DNA of 64,000 bases from Gammaproteobacteria bacterium. Its GTDB lineage: Bacteria > Pseudomonadota > Gammaproteobacteria > CAJXQU01. The position numbers and the translations under genes were made by a program. The stretch covers positions 1,248,001-1,312,000 of the forward strand of contig CBDEGZ010000003.1 in the NCBI GenBank assembly GCA_965238175.1, read 5' to 3'. The notes beneath the pieces were generated by a model. That model was not told where the DNA came from, ran no database searches, and was given only the letters and a program-made list of their open reading frames with translations. Of this stretch, positions 10,732-22,134 are shown in pieces (position 1 is the first letter of the stretch; each line of letters opens with the position of its first letter).

Positions 10732-12252
10732 ATGATCTATGCACAACCAGGAACAGAAGGCGCTGTCGTATCCGCTAAATTGCGTTACGGCAATTTTATT
10801 AACGGTGGCTGGGTTGAACCAGTAAAAGGAGAGTACTTCTCGAATGTAAGCCCTGTGAATGGAGAGAGCTTCTGTGAAATACCTCGCTCAACGGAAGAAG
10901 ATATAAACCTTGCCCTTGATGCTGCCCATGCTGCTAAAGATGCTTGGGCTACAACCTCTGTTACAGAGCGCTCAAATCTAATGCTGAAAATTGCAGATCG
11001 GATCGAAGCCAATATTGAAATGCTCGCGGTTGCTGAAACATGGGACAATGGCAAGGCTATACGTGAAACACTCAATGCTGACGTGCCACTTTGTGTTGAT
11101 CATTTCCGCTATTACGCAGGTTGTATTCGAGCTCAAGAAGGCACGATGGGTGAGATTGATAATGATACAGTCTCTTACCAGTTTCATGAGCCTCTTGGCG
11201 TCGTTGGTCAAATTATTCCATGGAACTTCCCACTGCTTATGGCAGTATGGAAAATTGCACCGGCGTTAGTCGCTGGAAATTGTATTGTGTTGAAACCTGC
11301 AGAACAAACACCATTTTCTATTTTAGTATTGGTGGAATTGATCGGTGATCTATTGCCACCAGGTGTACTAAATGTTGTTAATGGTTACGGTAAAGAAGCA
11401 GGTCAAGCACTAGCAACTAGCAAGCGAATTGCTAAGATAGCGTTTACGGGTTCTACACCTGTTGGATCACATATTTTGAAGTGTGCTGCAGAAAATATCA
11501 TTCCATCAACGGTGGAATTAGGTGGTAAATCTCCAAATATCTTTTTTGAAGATATCATGCAACAAGAAGAGGATTATATCAGTAAATGTGCCGAGGGCGC
11601 GGTGCTAGCATTTTTCAATCAAGGTGAAGTTTGTACTTGTCCATCACGCGCACTCATCCAGGAAAGCATCTATGAAGAATTTGTTGCAATAGTTATAGAA
11701 CGTTCTAAAAATATCATCCGTGGTAATCCATTAGATACGGACGTCATGGTTGGTGCACAAGCCTCAAAAGAACAATTTGATAAGATTTTAAGTTATATGG
11801 AAATTGGTAAGAATGAGGGCGCAGAAGTGCTTCTCGGCGGTAAAGTTGCACAAGTTGGGAATGATTATGATAGTGGTTTTTATATAGAACCAACCTTGCT
11901 TAAAGGAACGAATGATATGCGCATCTTCCAGGAAGAGATTTTTGGTCCGGTTGTATCAATCACTACGTTTAAAGATGAAGCGGAAGCATTGGCTATTGCG
12001 AATGATACCGAGTTTGGACTGGGTGCTGGCGTTTGGACGCGAGATACAAACCGGGCTTATCGTATGGGCCGTGGTATTCAGGCTGGTAGAGTTTGGACTA
12101 ATTGTTATCACTTGTATCCTGCACATGCAGCATTTGGTGGTTATAAAAAATCAGGTGTGGGTCGAGAAACTCATAAGATGATGTTGGATCATTACCAACA
12201 AACTAAAAACCTGTTGGTTAGTTACAGTACTAGCCCACTTGGTTTCTTCTAA
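10732..12252 (+). CDS. aldB: NAD+-dependent (acet)aldehyde dehydrogenase, AldB/ExaC type
   Basis: [50 protein letters not shown]. Confidence 0.9.
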   Translation: MIYAQPGTEGAVVSAKLRYGNFINGGWVEPVKGEYFSNVSPVNGESFCEIPRSTEEDINLALDAAHAAKDAWATTSVTERSNLMLKIADRIEANIEMLAVAETWDNGKAIRETLNADVPLCVDHFRYYAGCIRAQEGTMGEIDNDTVSYQFHEPLGVVGQIIPWNFPLLMAVWKIAPALVAGNCIVLKPAEQTPFSILVLVELIGDLLPPGVLNVVNGYGKEAGQALATSKRIAKIAFTGSTPVGSHILKCAAENIIPSTVELGGKSPNIFFEDIMQQEEDYISKCAEGAVLAFFNQGEVCTCPSRALIQESIYEEFVAIVIERSKNIIRGNPLDTDVMVGAQASKEQFDKILSYMEIGKNEGAEVLLGGKVAQVGNDYDSGFYIEPTLLKGTNDMRIFQEEIFGPVVSITTFKDEAEALAIANDTEFGLGAGVWTRDTNRAYRMGRGIQAGRVWTNCYHLYPAHAAFGGYKKSGVGRETHKMMLDHYQQTKNLLVSYSTSPLGFF

Positions 12253-12270
12253 ATATAAATAAAAAAAACT

Positions 12271-12305
12271 AAAACTTCTCATCATTATTGATGAGGAGTT
12301 TTTTA
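12271..12305 (+). terminator. Rho-independent terminator after aldehyde dehydrogenase
   Basis: AAAACTTCTCATCA-TTAT-TGATGAGGAGTTTT stem followed by a T run. Confidence 0.8.
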
Positions 12306-12627
12306 TTAGTGATAATTGAAATTCAAAACGAACTGAGTTAAATGAGAATAAGCTGAAATTTGAGTGCTATATTCTTTGAGTAAAAAAGTTAGTGCAAATT
12401 GATAAGCGAAGCTAGTAATAATGCCCGGAGTTTTGATCTAGCAAACATGTATGCGTCTTGTTCTGCGGCGTGGGTACTGACATTCAGTCAATAACTGTTG
12501 CTTTCAGAGTTCCCTAAGGGTGGAAAAAAGTCTTCGATATCACAGACAATCTTTTTCGTTTACTAATAATTGTTTTCAGGTTTTTAGATAGAGCAAATCC
12601 TTTAATCATAGAGTAGTGTGTACCTGG

Positions 12628-13602
12628 TCAGAAATTCCACCCATCAATTGGCAGTTTCACAGTAAATGTAGTTCCTTTACCTAGCTCACTTTCAACTTCG
12701 ATAGTGCCACCATGTTCTTCAATAATGCCATGAGAAATAGAGAGACCCAGGCCAGTACCTTCACCAACAGGTTTTGTAGTAAAAAAAGGTGTGAACAGAT
12801 TTTCTAAGTTTTCTTCGCTAATACCTGATCCTGTATCACTAAAGCTAGCAACAACATAGCTATCCAATTTTTTTGTTTCTATTGTGATTGTACCTTGTTC
12901 TTTTATTGCTTGACTCGCATTGACGATCAAGTTCATAAATACCTGATTTAGTTTTCCGACATGACAATGTATATCAGGTAGAACACCATAGTTTTCTACT
13001 AGTTCACAATGATATTTAAGTTGATTACTGAGTAACCTAAGTGTTGATTGGATCGACTCATTAATATTTGTGCTTTCTTTTTTTCCTTGATCTTCACGCA
13101 CAAAATCTTTTAAGCCTGCTACAATTTCTTTAACTCGTTCAATGCCTTCTTTGGTTTCTTCGATTAGGTCATCAGTATCTTCTAGTATGTACTCTACTTC
13201 TTCGTTTTCAATATAATCCGAAGTCGAGCTAATTATTTTGGGTAGATCTTCGAGATTATTTGCATGTTCAATAATATTCAAAAGTTTCGAATGTGAATTT
13301 TTAAAGATTCCGATATATGAACTGAAAGTATTGATATTGCTGAGAACAAATCCAATGGGATTATTAATTTCGTGAGCAACACCCGCCGATAAAACACCTA
13401 AAGAAGCCATCTTTTCGGATTGCACTAACTGCCGCTGTTTGTGTTTTAATTCTTTATGAGCACTGCTCAAACTACTGTGTGCTTCTTTGAGTTCTTCATA
13501 AGAGAGGAACAGTTCGCGTGACTTATTTTCTAGCAGTTTTTCAGCTTGTTTTCGTTGTTTTCTTTCGCGCTCAAAAGCACGTTCTAAAACGGCGATGTCC
13601 AT
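12628..13602 (-). CDS. Soluble histidine kinase, H-NOX-associated
   Basis: Coiled-coil N-terminus (RERKQRKQAEKLLE.KSRELF), H-box AHEINNP, N-box NQVFMNLIVNA, DTGSG, PFFTTK, GTGLGL. Confidence 0.92.
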   Translation of the reverse strand: MDIAVLERAFERERKQRKQAEKLLENKSRELFLSYEELKEAHSSLSSAHKELKHKQRQLVQSEKMASLGVLSAGVAHEINNPIGFVLSNINTFSSYIGIFKNSHSKLLNIIEHANNLEDLPKIISSTSDYIENEEVEYILEDTDDLIEETKEGIERVKEIVAGLKDFVREDQGKKESTNINESIQSTLRLLSNQLKYHCELVENYGVLPDIHCHVGKLNQVFMNLIVNASQAIKEQGTITIETKKLDSYVVASFSDTGSGISEENLENLFTPFFTTKPVGEGTGLGLSISHGIIEEHGGTIEVESELGKGTTFTVKLPIDGWNF

Positions 13603-13610
13603 AGGTGATG

Positions 13611-14147
13611 TTACTGCATAGTGATGTGCAGGTGACAGGAATTTTCGCCATCATGCATACACACATCATGCGTCAAAGAATATTGTGTATTGAAATGTTT
13701 TGCTGAGCCGGCTATTAACCCTTCAGCTAACATGCATAGTTTTCGTGGAGAGCTGTAAACCATTGTGAGCTCATTATCTTCCTCATCCACGTAATTAAAT
13801 TCGGGTAAACCTGCTTCAGGAAAAAGTTTTTTGACTTCCACATGAATTACTCGATCAACGGTTAGTAAAAAGCTTTTAAGATCCATACCCTCTTTAAAAA
13901 AAGTAGGATAGTTACTGTGGAAGTGAGGCAGCATAAATTCACCAAAACTTCGCACTAGATCATTGGTAGCAATTCCGGTTAATTTGCTTGCTTCCCCTAC
14001 AAGTTTAAATAGTTCTTCATCGGGGTAGGTTTCGGTGGCAATATAGCAGCCTTCTAAGCCAGTCTTAGTTAGTAGTGTATCCATGGCTTCCAGACCAAAT
14101 TTTTCTTCAACCATTTCGTTCAATAAAGTAAAAACTACACCTTTCAT
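13611..14147 (-). CDS. Heme NO-binding (H-NOX/HNOB) protein
   Basis: MKG start, Y..Y.D.E, proximal His in VIHVEV, YxSxR heme motif (YSSPR). Confidence 0.9.
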   Translation of the reverse strand: MKGVVFTLLNEMVEEKFGLEAMDTLLTKTGLEGCYIATETYPDEELFKLVGEASKLTGIATNDLVRSFGEFMLPHFHSNYPTFFKEGMDLKSFLLTVDRVIHVEVKKLFPEAGLPEFNYVDEEDNELTMVYSSPRKLCMLAEGLIAGSAKHFNTQYSLTHDVCMHDGENSCHLHITMQ

Positions 14148-14310
14148 ACTATTTCTCCTATTGGATAGAAAAGATCATGGATTCTCTTCTATGGCGAAAT
14201 TTATAAATCATCAGATTAGTCTTCCAAAAAGTTGGTAGATTATTTTTTGATAAAGAAAGTTAATATCACATAGTTAATCAGGCAATTACCGTGCCCAAGA
14301 AAAGGATATT

Positions 14311-14638
14311 TATACCTGTGCCACTTGGAACTGCAGATTTCAGCGATTCCAAGCATCTACACAGGAAGGCTGCGTACGCCGAGAGTAGCCTAGTGTGTAA
14401 TTTGGCCATTCTAACGCCGTTGTGTGGACGCTTGAACTCGCCCTTGATGCATGTTCCAGACAGCATTCTATCTCCTGTGTTCATGCAGTCGTTTGGGTGA
14501 CGCTATTATTCTCGCTGGGCAGCGTTGTGTTTCTTGAAAAGAGCCAAGTAACTAACAAGGCCCTTTCCGACGCAACATGCCTTGCCAGCAAGAATGATAG
14601 AGCCACTGATACCTGTATTTCCAGGTGGCACGGGTATA
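14311..14638. mobile_element. 328-bp non-autonomous MITE, ERIC/IRU-like
   Basis: Termini TATACCTGTGCCACTTGGAACTGCAGATTTCAG and (rc) TATACCCGTGCCACCTGGAAATACAGGTATCAG (27/33 identical); TA ends; internal hairpins; GC-richer than flanks. Confidence 0.75.
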
Positions 14639-15039
14639 TATCTATGTATATGGTTTATAGATTTATCATGATCCTTTGATAGGTTTCTAATATTCCCAAA
14701 TCTTTTTTGGTCAGCATACATTTTGATAACTCCATATAAATTTAGTAATAACATGGCAAAGGTGCTTCCTAGTGTTTACAGATATATTGGATGAATTAAA
14801 AGCATGAATTAAAAAGTCAAATACTTCTATCAAACATTTCTTTTTTAATATATTGAGTTCTATACCTTATTTGAGATTTGTATTTTCATTCTTTTGGGAC
14901 TGGTGTAATTATTTGTGTAGCTATCGGGAAAATTAGTGAGTAATTATCAAACTAAAATATCTTTGGCAAATAAAATTTGAAGTTTATTTATTTTCACAAA
15001 AACTGACTTGAGTCTTCAAGTATTTTTAGTAAATATTTA

Positions 15040-15828
15040 TTATTTTCGACTCCTTTCGATCACATCATATGCAGCCTGAATTTCTTTAGCTTGTTCTGTT
15101 GCGACAGCGATCATATCTTCAGGTAGACCTTGGCCGATGAGTTTGTCGGGGTGATATTTACTCATCAATTTACGATACGCACGTTTGATTTCTTTATCGG
15201 TATTATCTTTAGTCACACCCAGAGCCTTGTATGCCTCTTCGATTGCTGAAGCAGAAGTGGGGCGTTGGGCAGAACCTGAACCATCACCAGAAAAATGAGC
15301 CTGGTTTAGCGCCATATCCAGCATCTGTTGAAAGTCGGTTGAGCTAAAACCAAGTTGTTCCGCAGTTTGTCGTAAAAATGTTTCTTCAGCTGAATGAAGA
15401 TGACCATCGACAACAGACATCACGATCAAATAAAGCATTAACATTTGCGGTAAGTTATTCGTATGGCCGCAAATGGAAATAAACTTTTTTAACTGTTCTT
15501 GCGAATCATAGTTATCTGCTGAACCCTGTCTAAAATAATTGATTGCCGTTTGCCTGTGTTCAGCAGACATGCCCATTTGCTTGATAAAATTTTCGGTATG
15601 ATTGATCTCCTCTGGCGAGATATGACCGTCAGCTTTTGCCAGCTTGCCCATCAAACAAAAGACCGTTTCAACAAATATAGCTTGTCGCTGTCCGTGGCTA
15701 AATGGATTAACACCACCAAGCCCATAGTCGCGAGATCTATCTATAGTGCTACCAATAAAGTAACCAAAGATTGCACCGGGAAAATTAAACGCGAAATAGC
15801 CTAAAACAGCACCAATAATTTTAAACAA
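15040..15828 (-). CDS. djlA: Co-chaperone DjlA
   Basis: N-terminal Gly-rich TM, TerB-like AKADG domain, C-terminal J domain with HPD. Confidence 0.93.
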   Translation of the reverse strand: MFKIIGAVLGYFAFNFPGAIFGYFIGSTIDRSRDYGLGGVNPFSHGQRQAIFVETVFCLMGKLAKADGHISPEEINHTENFIKQMGMSAEHRQTAINYFRQGSADNYDSQEQLKKFISICGHTNNLPQMLMLYLIVMSVVDGHLHSAEETFLRQTAEQLGFSSTDFQQMLDMALNQAHFSGDGSGSAQRPTSASAIEEAYKALGVTKDNTDKEIKRAYRKLMSKYHPDKLIGQGLPEDMIAVATEQAKEIQAAYDVIERSRK

Positions 15829-15999
15829 GTGAACCCCTGTTGTTGATAGGTAGCATGATTACTACTCAATGTTTCATTACTAATAATATCAGATCTGAAG
15901 AGTAATACTGACTAACCTGAAACGAAAAATGAAGAAATTCAACGTTAGAATAACAATTTCTATTAAGTAGAGGTTCTACTGAAGTAGGACAAAAACGAC

Positions 16000-16250
16000 A
16001 TGGATAGCAGCTCATTATTATACACCCTGATGATGCCGCATAACGTAATATAAAGGATGGTGATTAAGTAATGGTTCAAAATGATCGTGGATCTTTTGAA
16101 GTACTTGCAGAAGTAAGCGAAAGTGTTATGCGGGTATTCTTCAGACTAATGTCGGATACTGGATTGAATCGCACGGGTACAGCTGTTAATTCAACAACAC
16201 CTGATGGACACTGCAACTTAGGGCAGGCTGGGCTCTATATCTGACAACTT
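16000..16250 (+). pseudogene. Remnant of a molybdopterin oxidoreductase C-terminal dinucleotide-binding domain
   Basis: Translates IIIHPDDAA*RNIKDGD*VMVQNDRGSF...AVNSTTPD..NLGQAG with two stops and frameshifts. Confidence 0.7.
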
Positions 16251-16581
16251 TACCTATTATTATCAGTGCCGCCAGAAACCAATGAATCATGAAGAGTGTG
16301 CCATGATGGAGTCGATCAAAACCATTGCTGTTGAGACTGTAATGGTCTAAATAAAGTTGAATAAATTTATAGTGATTAAATCACTACATAGGAACGAATA
16401 CCAAGAAGCTTGGTATTCTGTAGCAAGCGCAAGTGCAGGTTAGGTTTGGAGTGGAACAACTCTTTAGTATTTAGAAGCTATTGGCACTTGGAAACAATTA
16501 GCGATTGGTACTATATAGATTACGTACTGTAAGGGTAAACTCCTTACATATATAATTTTTTAAAACATAGGATATTTGACT

Positions 16582-16887
16582 ATGGGACATATAGTGACTG
16601 ATAAATGCGTAGATTGCCGTTTCACCGACTGTGTAGAGACATGCCCTGTTGCCTGTTTCCATAGCGATAATGATCGGCTTTATATCAACCAAGACCTTTG
16701 TGTAGATTGCGGCGCATGTATACCTGCCTGTCCCGTCCACGCCATTTACGACATTGTGGATATGCCTGACGAATATGAACCCTGGATTGCCATAAATAAA
16801 GAACGGTCAGAGGCACTCCCTTCTATAACCGCTAAAGAAGAACCTAAATCTACCGCCGAGGCGAGAAAAGTCGAACTGGGTTATTGA
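16582..16887 (+). CDS. Ferredoxin (FdxA-like dicluster)
   Basis: CVDCRFTDCVETCPV and CVDCGACIPACPVHAI; ATG at 16582. Confidence 0.93.
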   Translation: MGHIVTDKCVDCRFTDCVETCPVACFHSDNDRLYINQDLCVDCGACIPACPVHAIYDIVDMPDEYEPWIAINKERSEALPSITAKEEPKSTAEARKVELGY

Positions 16888-16923
16888 TAAAAAAACAGGT
16901 TTTTAAATCCAGGCTATTAAATA

Positions 16924-18309
16924 ATGGGATCATTAGGAACAGAAGAAAGGCCTCTTAAGGTTGCCGTTGTAGGAAGTGGGCCAAGTGGATTTTATGCTGC
17001 TGAGGCGTTGATTAAATCTGCCTATCGCGTTCAAGTAAACATGGTAGAAAAGCTGCCTGTTCCTTTTGGTTTGGTGCGCTACGGTATTGCGCCTGATCAC
17101 CCAAAACTGAAACTGGTTAATTTGTTATTTCACAAGATTGCACAGGATCCGAATATTCATTTTTATGGCAATGTAGAAGTAGGAAAAGATCTAACAATAG
17201 AGGAATTAAAAGCCACACATCATGCGGTAATTATTTGTTCCGGTGCTGAAACGGATCGGCGTCTAGGTATTCCGGGTGAGGATCTTACAGGTTCACATAC
17301 GGCGACAGAATTTGTTGCCTGGTATAACGGACATCCAGCTCACTGCGATACTCAATTCGATTTGGCAAATGAAACAGCAGTGATTATAGGTCAGGGCAAC
17401 GTTGCTGCGGATGTCTGCCGCATACTTGCCAAACCCGTTGATGAGCTTCGCAAAACGGATATAACAGAACATGCGCTGGATCTTCTTGCCACTAGCCAGG
17501 TGCGCCAGATCCACGTGATCGGCAGGCGTGGTCCTGCACAGGCAAAATTCACCAACCGTGAGCTGAAAGAACTCGGCGAAATATCCGATTGTACTACTAT
17601 CACCAATCCTGAAGGTTTAGTATTAAACACTCAAGATGCAATTGAACTAGCAGACAAAAGTAATGACAACGCCGCGAGATTATACGAGACCTTCCAGAGA
17701 TTCAGCCAGAATACAGTCGGTACTGCATCACGCGAGATCCACTTTCACTTTTTGTTAAGCCCAACGGATTTTAATGGTACACAACATCTTGAGAGTCTTT
17801 CATTGGTTAGAAATGAATTGATCGGAGACGTTTTTAAACAATCTGCTCAGGCAACGGAATCGACAACTCAAATCGATTGCGGACTATGCTTTCGTAGCAT
17901 CGGTTATCTTGGACAAGGCATAAGAGGCGTACCTCTAAATTCAAAACGAGGTGTTATTCCGAACGATAAAGGCCGAGTCACTAACAATAGCGGAAAGATT
18001 GAAAATAAGATCTACGCTTCTGGCTGGATTAAGCGCGGACCTTCTGGAATTATTGGAACCAACCGCGCAGATAGTGTCGAAACTATCGCCACATTACTAG
18101 AAGATCTACCTATCTTGGATGACGTTAATGTTTCATCAAAACTGGATCAGTTTATGGAGTTGGTGGAACAGAAGAACATTAACTTCGTAAATTACGATGA
18201 TTGGTGCAAAATTGATGCTGCTGAAATTGAGCGAGGTAACAATTTGGGTAAACCACGGGAAAAATTTATTGATGTTGCTGAGATGCTGGCTGTTACACAA
18301 CAGAGCTAG
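16924..18309 (+). CDS. Ferredoxin-NADP+ reductase, adrenodoxin-reductase/FprA type
   Basis: VVGSGPSGFY, PFGLVRYG.APDH, GQGNVA.D, GRRGP.QAKFT, GWIKRGPSG.IG. Confidence 0.93.
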   Translation: MGSLGTEERPLKVAVVGSGPSGFYAAEALIKSAYRVQVNMVEKLPVPFGLVRYGIAPDHPKLKLVNLLFHKIAQDPNIHFYGNVEVGKDLTIEELKATHHAVIICSGAETDRRLGIPGEDLTGSHTATEFVAWYNGHPAHCDTQFDLANETAVIIGQGNVAADVCRILAKPVDELRKTDITEHALDLLATSQVRQIHVIGRRGPAQAKFTNRELKELGEISDCTTITNPEGLVLNTQDAIELADKSNDNAARLYETFQRFSQNTVGTASREIHFHFLLSPTDFNGTQHLESLSLVRNELIGDVFKQSAQATESTTQIDCGLCFRSIGYLGQGIRGVPLNSKRGVIPNDKGRVTNNSGKIENKIYASGWIKRGPSGIIGTNRADSVETIATLLEDLPILDDVNVSSKLDQFMELVEQKNINFVNYDDWCKIDAAEIERGNNLGKPREKFIDVAEMLAVTQQS

Positions 18310-18338
18310 TATTTGAACTTCAGAAAATAATAAATAAC

Positions 18339-18641
18339 GCAGCAGATTCTCAATCAGGCCGTTTCTGGCAGAATCGAGGAGATGATGGTCTCGTCAGAGA
18401 AAAGCAGCTTTTGATTGATTATTTGTCTGCTAACGCAGGAAGCCCAATGTATTACATAGGCCGGGATATGAAGACATCGCATAAGGGCATGAAAATCAGT
18501 GAAAGAGATTGGTCAATATCTTTAGGACATGCAGGTGAAACCATGACCGGATTGAATGTTCCTAGGCAGAAATGTGATGAAATTGTTGCCTTCGTATTGA
18601 GTTTAAAAAGCGATATGGTCGAAGCTTACTACCTCTCGTAA
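18339..18641 (+). pseudogene. 5'-truncated group I truncated hemoglobin
   Basis: In-frame ADSQSGRFWQNRGDDGLVREKQLLIDYL..AG.PMYYIGRDMKTSHKGM.I...DW; N-terminal helices and start missing. Confidence 0.75.
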
Positions 18642-18720
18642 TTCAGTGCATCATCCACTTCCTTTATACAAAAATATGCTGGAGAGTATTGCCTGTGAAC
18701 GACAGGTTTGGGTAATGTCT

Positions 18721-20225
18721 TCAACTCAGTTTTCTAAACAGAAAACGAACTGGCCATGTCAGAATCATAAAGAAGGAGGCTACAATTTTGCATCCCAAAT
18801 ACAATGCGCTAATTATGAAAAATACGCTACCTAAAATGCCAAGATAAATGAAGATGAAAATTATTGTTCGACAGAGATTCAACAGGATGAAAGATATCCA
18901 GGAACCATCATTTTCTTTCGATTTTTTAGGCCAGATTTTCGCCACAGCTTTAGCCAAAAACCATCGGGTAAAAAGAGTGCTAGAACACCAAATATAATAT
19001 TACTTAAAAGTAAGGTATGAATCCAAGAGGGTATACCTTCAATAATTCGACTATCCAATTCTTTTTGATGAGACTGATTATGTGTATAAAGAGATATTGA
19101 TCGCACGACTATATGTGCTGTTAGGTTGGTTACGGTATTACTTTTAGAGATTACATTTTTATTATCGATCACATTTGATGGTGAGCTACGAAATGCGACA
19201 TAATTTTCTGAGTTGTTGGTTAGATTCAGTGAAATTGGATTTTTTTTCTGACTAAAGTTTGATAAAAAATCACCAAAGGTTGTTGTGGAAAAGGCTTCTT
19301 CAAGTTGTTTCTCTTTTAAAACATTTTTCCAGGGTAGACGACTACTGCCTAGCTGTGCAGCATTTTCTGTTTCTAAAATTATCAAATTAACATTATTTTC
19401 TTTAGCGTGATTCTGTAGCTGGTTAATATCAAGCGATTCTGGTTTTATTTCCAACAGATCACCTTTACGTTTGCCAGTGACAATTAATGTCTGGTTTCGC
19501 AAGATATTGAAACTGGTTTCAATACTTTCTGGATTAATTCGTGTTAGATCGGGTACAGCCTTTTCTGTAACAGCTTGTATTGATGAAGGCATTCCATCAA
19601 AATCTGATGAGAAAGAAACAAGTCGCATATTCCCCGTATTAAAAGAAGTTGATAATCGCCAGAGCCCTTCTTTTAGTGCTTCAGGTGTTTTTGCATCAAC
19701 AAAAAGATTATTGCTTGTTTCTACTCGCCAATGTTCTGAGCGATTATTTTTCACCCATTTTAGTGGGAACGATTTATCGTTCCGAACAAGATGAAGTTGA
19801 TCCAGATCCTTTAATAAAGACAGTTCGTTTGATCGAAATAATTGGTCCTCAGAAACAAAAATCTTAAATGTTTTTGCCTTCTTGCCATTAGGAAGAAGAC
19901 TGTTGGTTTTAATATCTCGCAACACTGAGGCAACTTCATCAGGTGAATTAACCGACCAAGAACGGCCTGAATCAGAGATGAAATTTAGTTTCCCATCTGG
20001 TGTCACATCGACACCAACTCGAGAAATCCCGGGCTCATCTGGTAGATACCTAAGGCTACTTAAACCATCAAGTTGTCGTGCGGTCTTACCACCAACATCA
20101 GCGGCATTATCAACAGACTTCATCAAAAAGCTCAGTATTCCTGCATTAGCAGAAGTTACGAAAAGTACTAATACAAAGAAGCTGACAATTAAAAGGTAGA
20201 TCGTTCGCTGATTAATTATTTTCAT
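18721..20225 (-). pseudogene. Hypothetical exported/membrane protein with a frameshift near the C-terminus
   Basis: 448-aa ORF ends ...FWLKLWRK|SGL. Adding one A in the A-run at ~18936-18939 joins it to the hydrophobic 18721-18957 frame (IWPKKSK...TM...RKLS). Confidence 0.6.
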
Positions 20226-20392
20226 ACGTAAATATATTTTTGGTTTAAGTTATGTAATAGGGTGATCGGAAATAGTTAGCGGCGTTTAATGATTTTAGTA
20301 CAGAATTTTTATATATTCACTTTAGAATCCTTTCATCGCAAATAAATTTAAATGGTGGAACGATTAAAGCTAATTGGAGAACTCAGGAATCC

Positions 20393-20428
20393 TTGATTTT
20401 ATTGATTTTATTGATTTTATTGGTTTTA
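20393..20428. repeat. 9-bp tandem repeat
   Basis: TTGATTTTA x3 followed by TTGGTTTTA. Confidence 0.85.
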
Positions 20429-20570
20429 GCCTTTTTTGCCTTTCAGGAAGACTTTGATAAAGTGAATGCAACATTTAAAGGATATCCTATTATTTAGACA
20501 ATACTATTAACCAACATACCTATCGACTAGAATACTTAATAATTACAAAATAGCTTAGGCTCGCTAAATA

Positions 20571-22134
20571 ATGAAAACACTAACCATTCTTATTCCTTAT
20601 GACCACAACGCTTGCTACTTTTGCACAAACAAACTACCAGCACCAAACCATCACCATTTTTAAAAATGGTTTGGTTTATCTTGAAAAAACAGCAGAAATT
20701 GAGGTGAAAAACCAGCAAGCAGTGCTCTACCCTTTGCCTTTTTCTTCTGACCACGGTGCGCCCATTGTAATGGGGAGTTTACAACTCAAGGCTGAGGAAA
20801 ACACCATCAATGAACTTAACTACACTCGGTAGAATGTAGGGAAAAATAAGGAGCAGTATTACGACAATCTCTCGGATCTTTTTAAAAACAACATCGGCGA
20901 TAAAATAAGTATAAGCACAGAACAGAAAACCGTAGAAGGCGATTTGAAAAACATAATCTATGAACATGGAGAGCAAGGAAAACTGATGCTTGTATCTGGA
21001 AAGAAAATTCATTTCATTCCTATTCACAGTGTGCTTGCTGTCAATTTTATTGGTAAACCTCAAGCGGCTGTTGATAAAGAAAAAGAAGGTGATTGGGTTT
21101 ATGCCCTACAATTTGCGAAAAACAAAAAGCAACAAGAACTTACTATTACGTATATACAAAAAGGCATGTCATGGCTACCTAATTACTACTTAGATTTTGA
21201 AGATGACAATACTGCCACCCTCAAACTAGAAGCAACGCTCATCAATGATATTGAAGATTTTGAAAATGCAGCAGTCAATTTAGCAGTTGGGTTTCCTTCT
21301 TTTCATTTTGAAAATATTGAGTCTCCCCTAACCAATCAACAAGAACTAGAGTATGTTTTACAGGGTATTAGGCTAGGTGAGGAAAATTATGGTTTAGGAA
21401 GTAATTCCCGGCTTAGTCAAAGCCTTGGTTTAAACGTCTCTCAAGCGGATACGTCTTATGCACCCGATGCTTTGCCAGAAAATGTCAATCAGGAGGATTT
21501 ATATTTCTTTAAAAAAGAATCTATTTCAACTAAAAAAGGCAGTCGTATAGCCGTTCCTATTTTTGAAACTAAAATTAAGTATGAAGATCTCTATAAAGTT
21601 AGGCTTCAATCCAATTTGGATCGCCATGGAAAATGGAACCAACAAGATCAGCAGAAAAATCTAGTAGCTCACCATATTGGATTTAAAAATGAAACGGGTT
21701 TTCCTTTCACCACGGGGTCTATTCTTTATAGAAAAAAAGAGCACAACAAACTGAATTTTTTAGCGCAAGGAGAACTTAAATATACAGCGGCTGCTGGGAA
21801 AACTAAGCCTAAAATGACGGTTTCTGCAGATGTTCGTGTGATTGAAAAAGACAAGGAAACATCCCGTAAGGAAATGCATGACCAATACAATCGGTCGTAT
21901 TATTTGATCAATGTGGAAAGTACTATTGAGATCACCAATTATAAACCTGAGCCTATTGCTGTGGAAATCAACAAACTTGTTGCTGGAACACTTAAGAAAA
22001 GCACCATAAACTGGAATACTCAAACAGAAATTGCACAAGACAACAATCCACAAAATGAAGTGACGTGGAAGCTAAACGCTACGGCTGGAAAAACAACTAC
22101 GATAGTGTATAGCTACCAGTACTTTTCGAAGTGA
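20571..22134 (+). pseudogene. DUF4139-like secreted protein, disrupted
   Basis: ATG 20571 is out of frame with the signal-peptide end (ATFAQ). In-frame TAG 20830-20832, then the same frame continues into 20944-22134. Motifs ITIFKNG, Y...GMSWLPNY, A.LIND.ED, N.TGFPFTTG. Confidence 0.7.

Noticed and set aside
14278-14754. Four overlapping short ORFs
   Set aside because: They overlap the MITE on both strands and show no protein motifs
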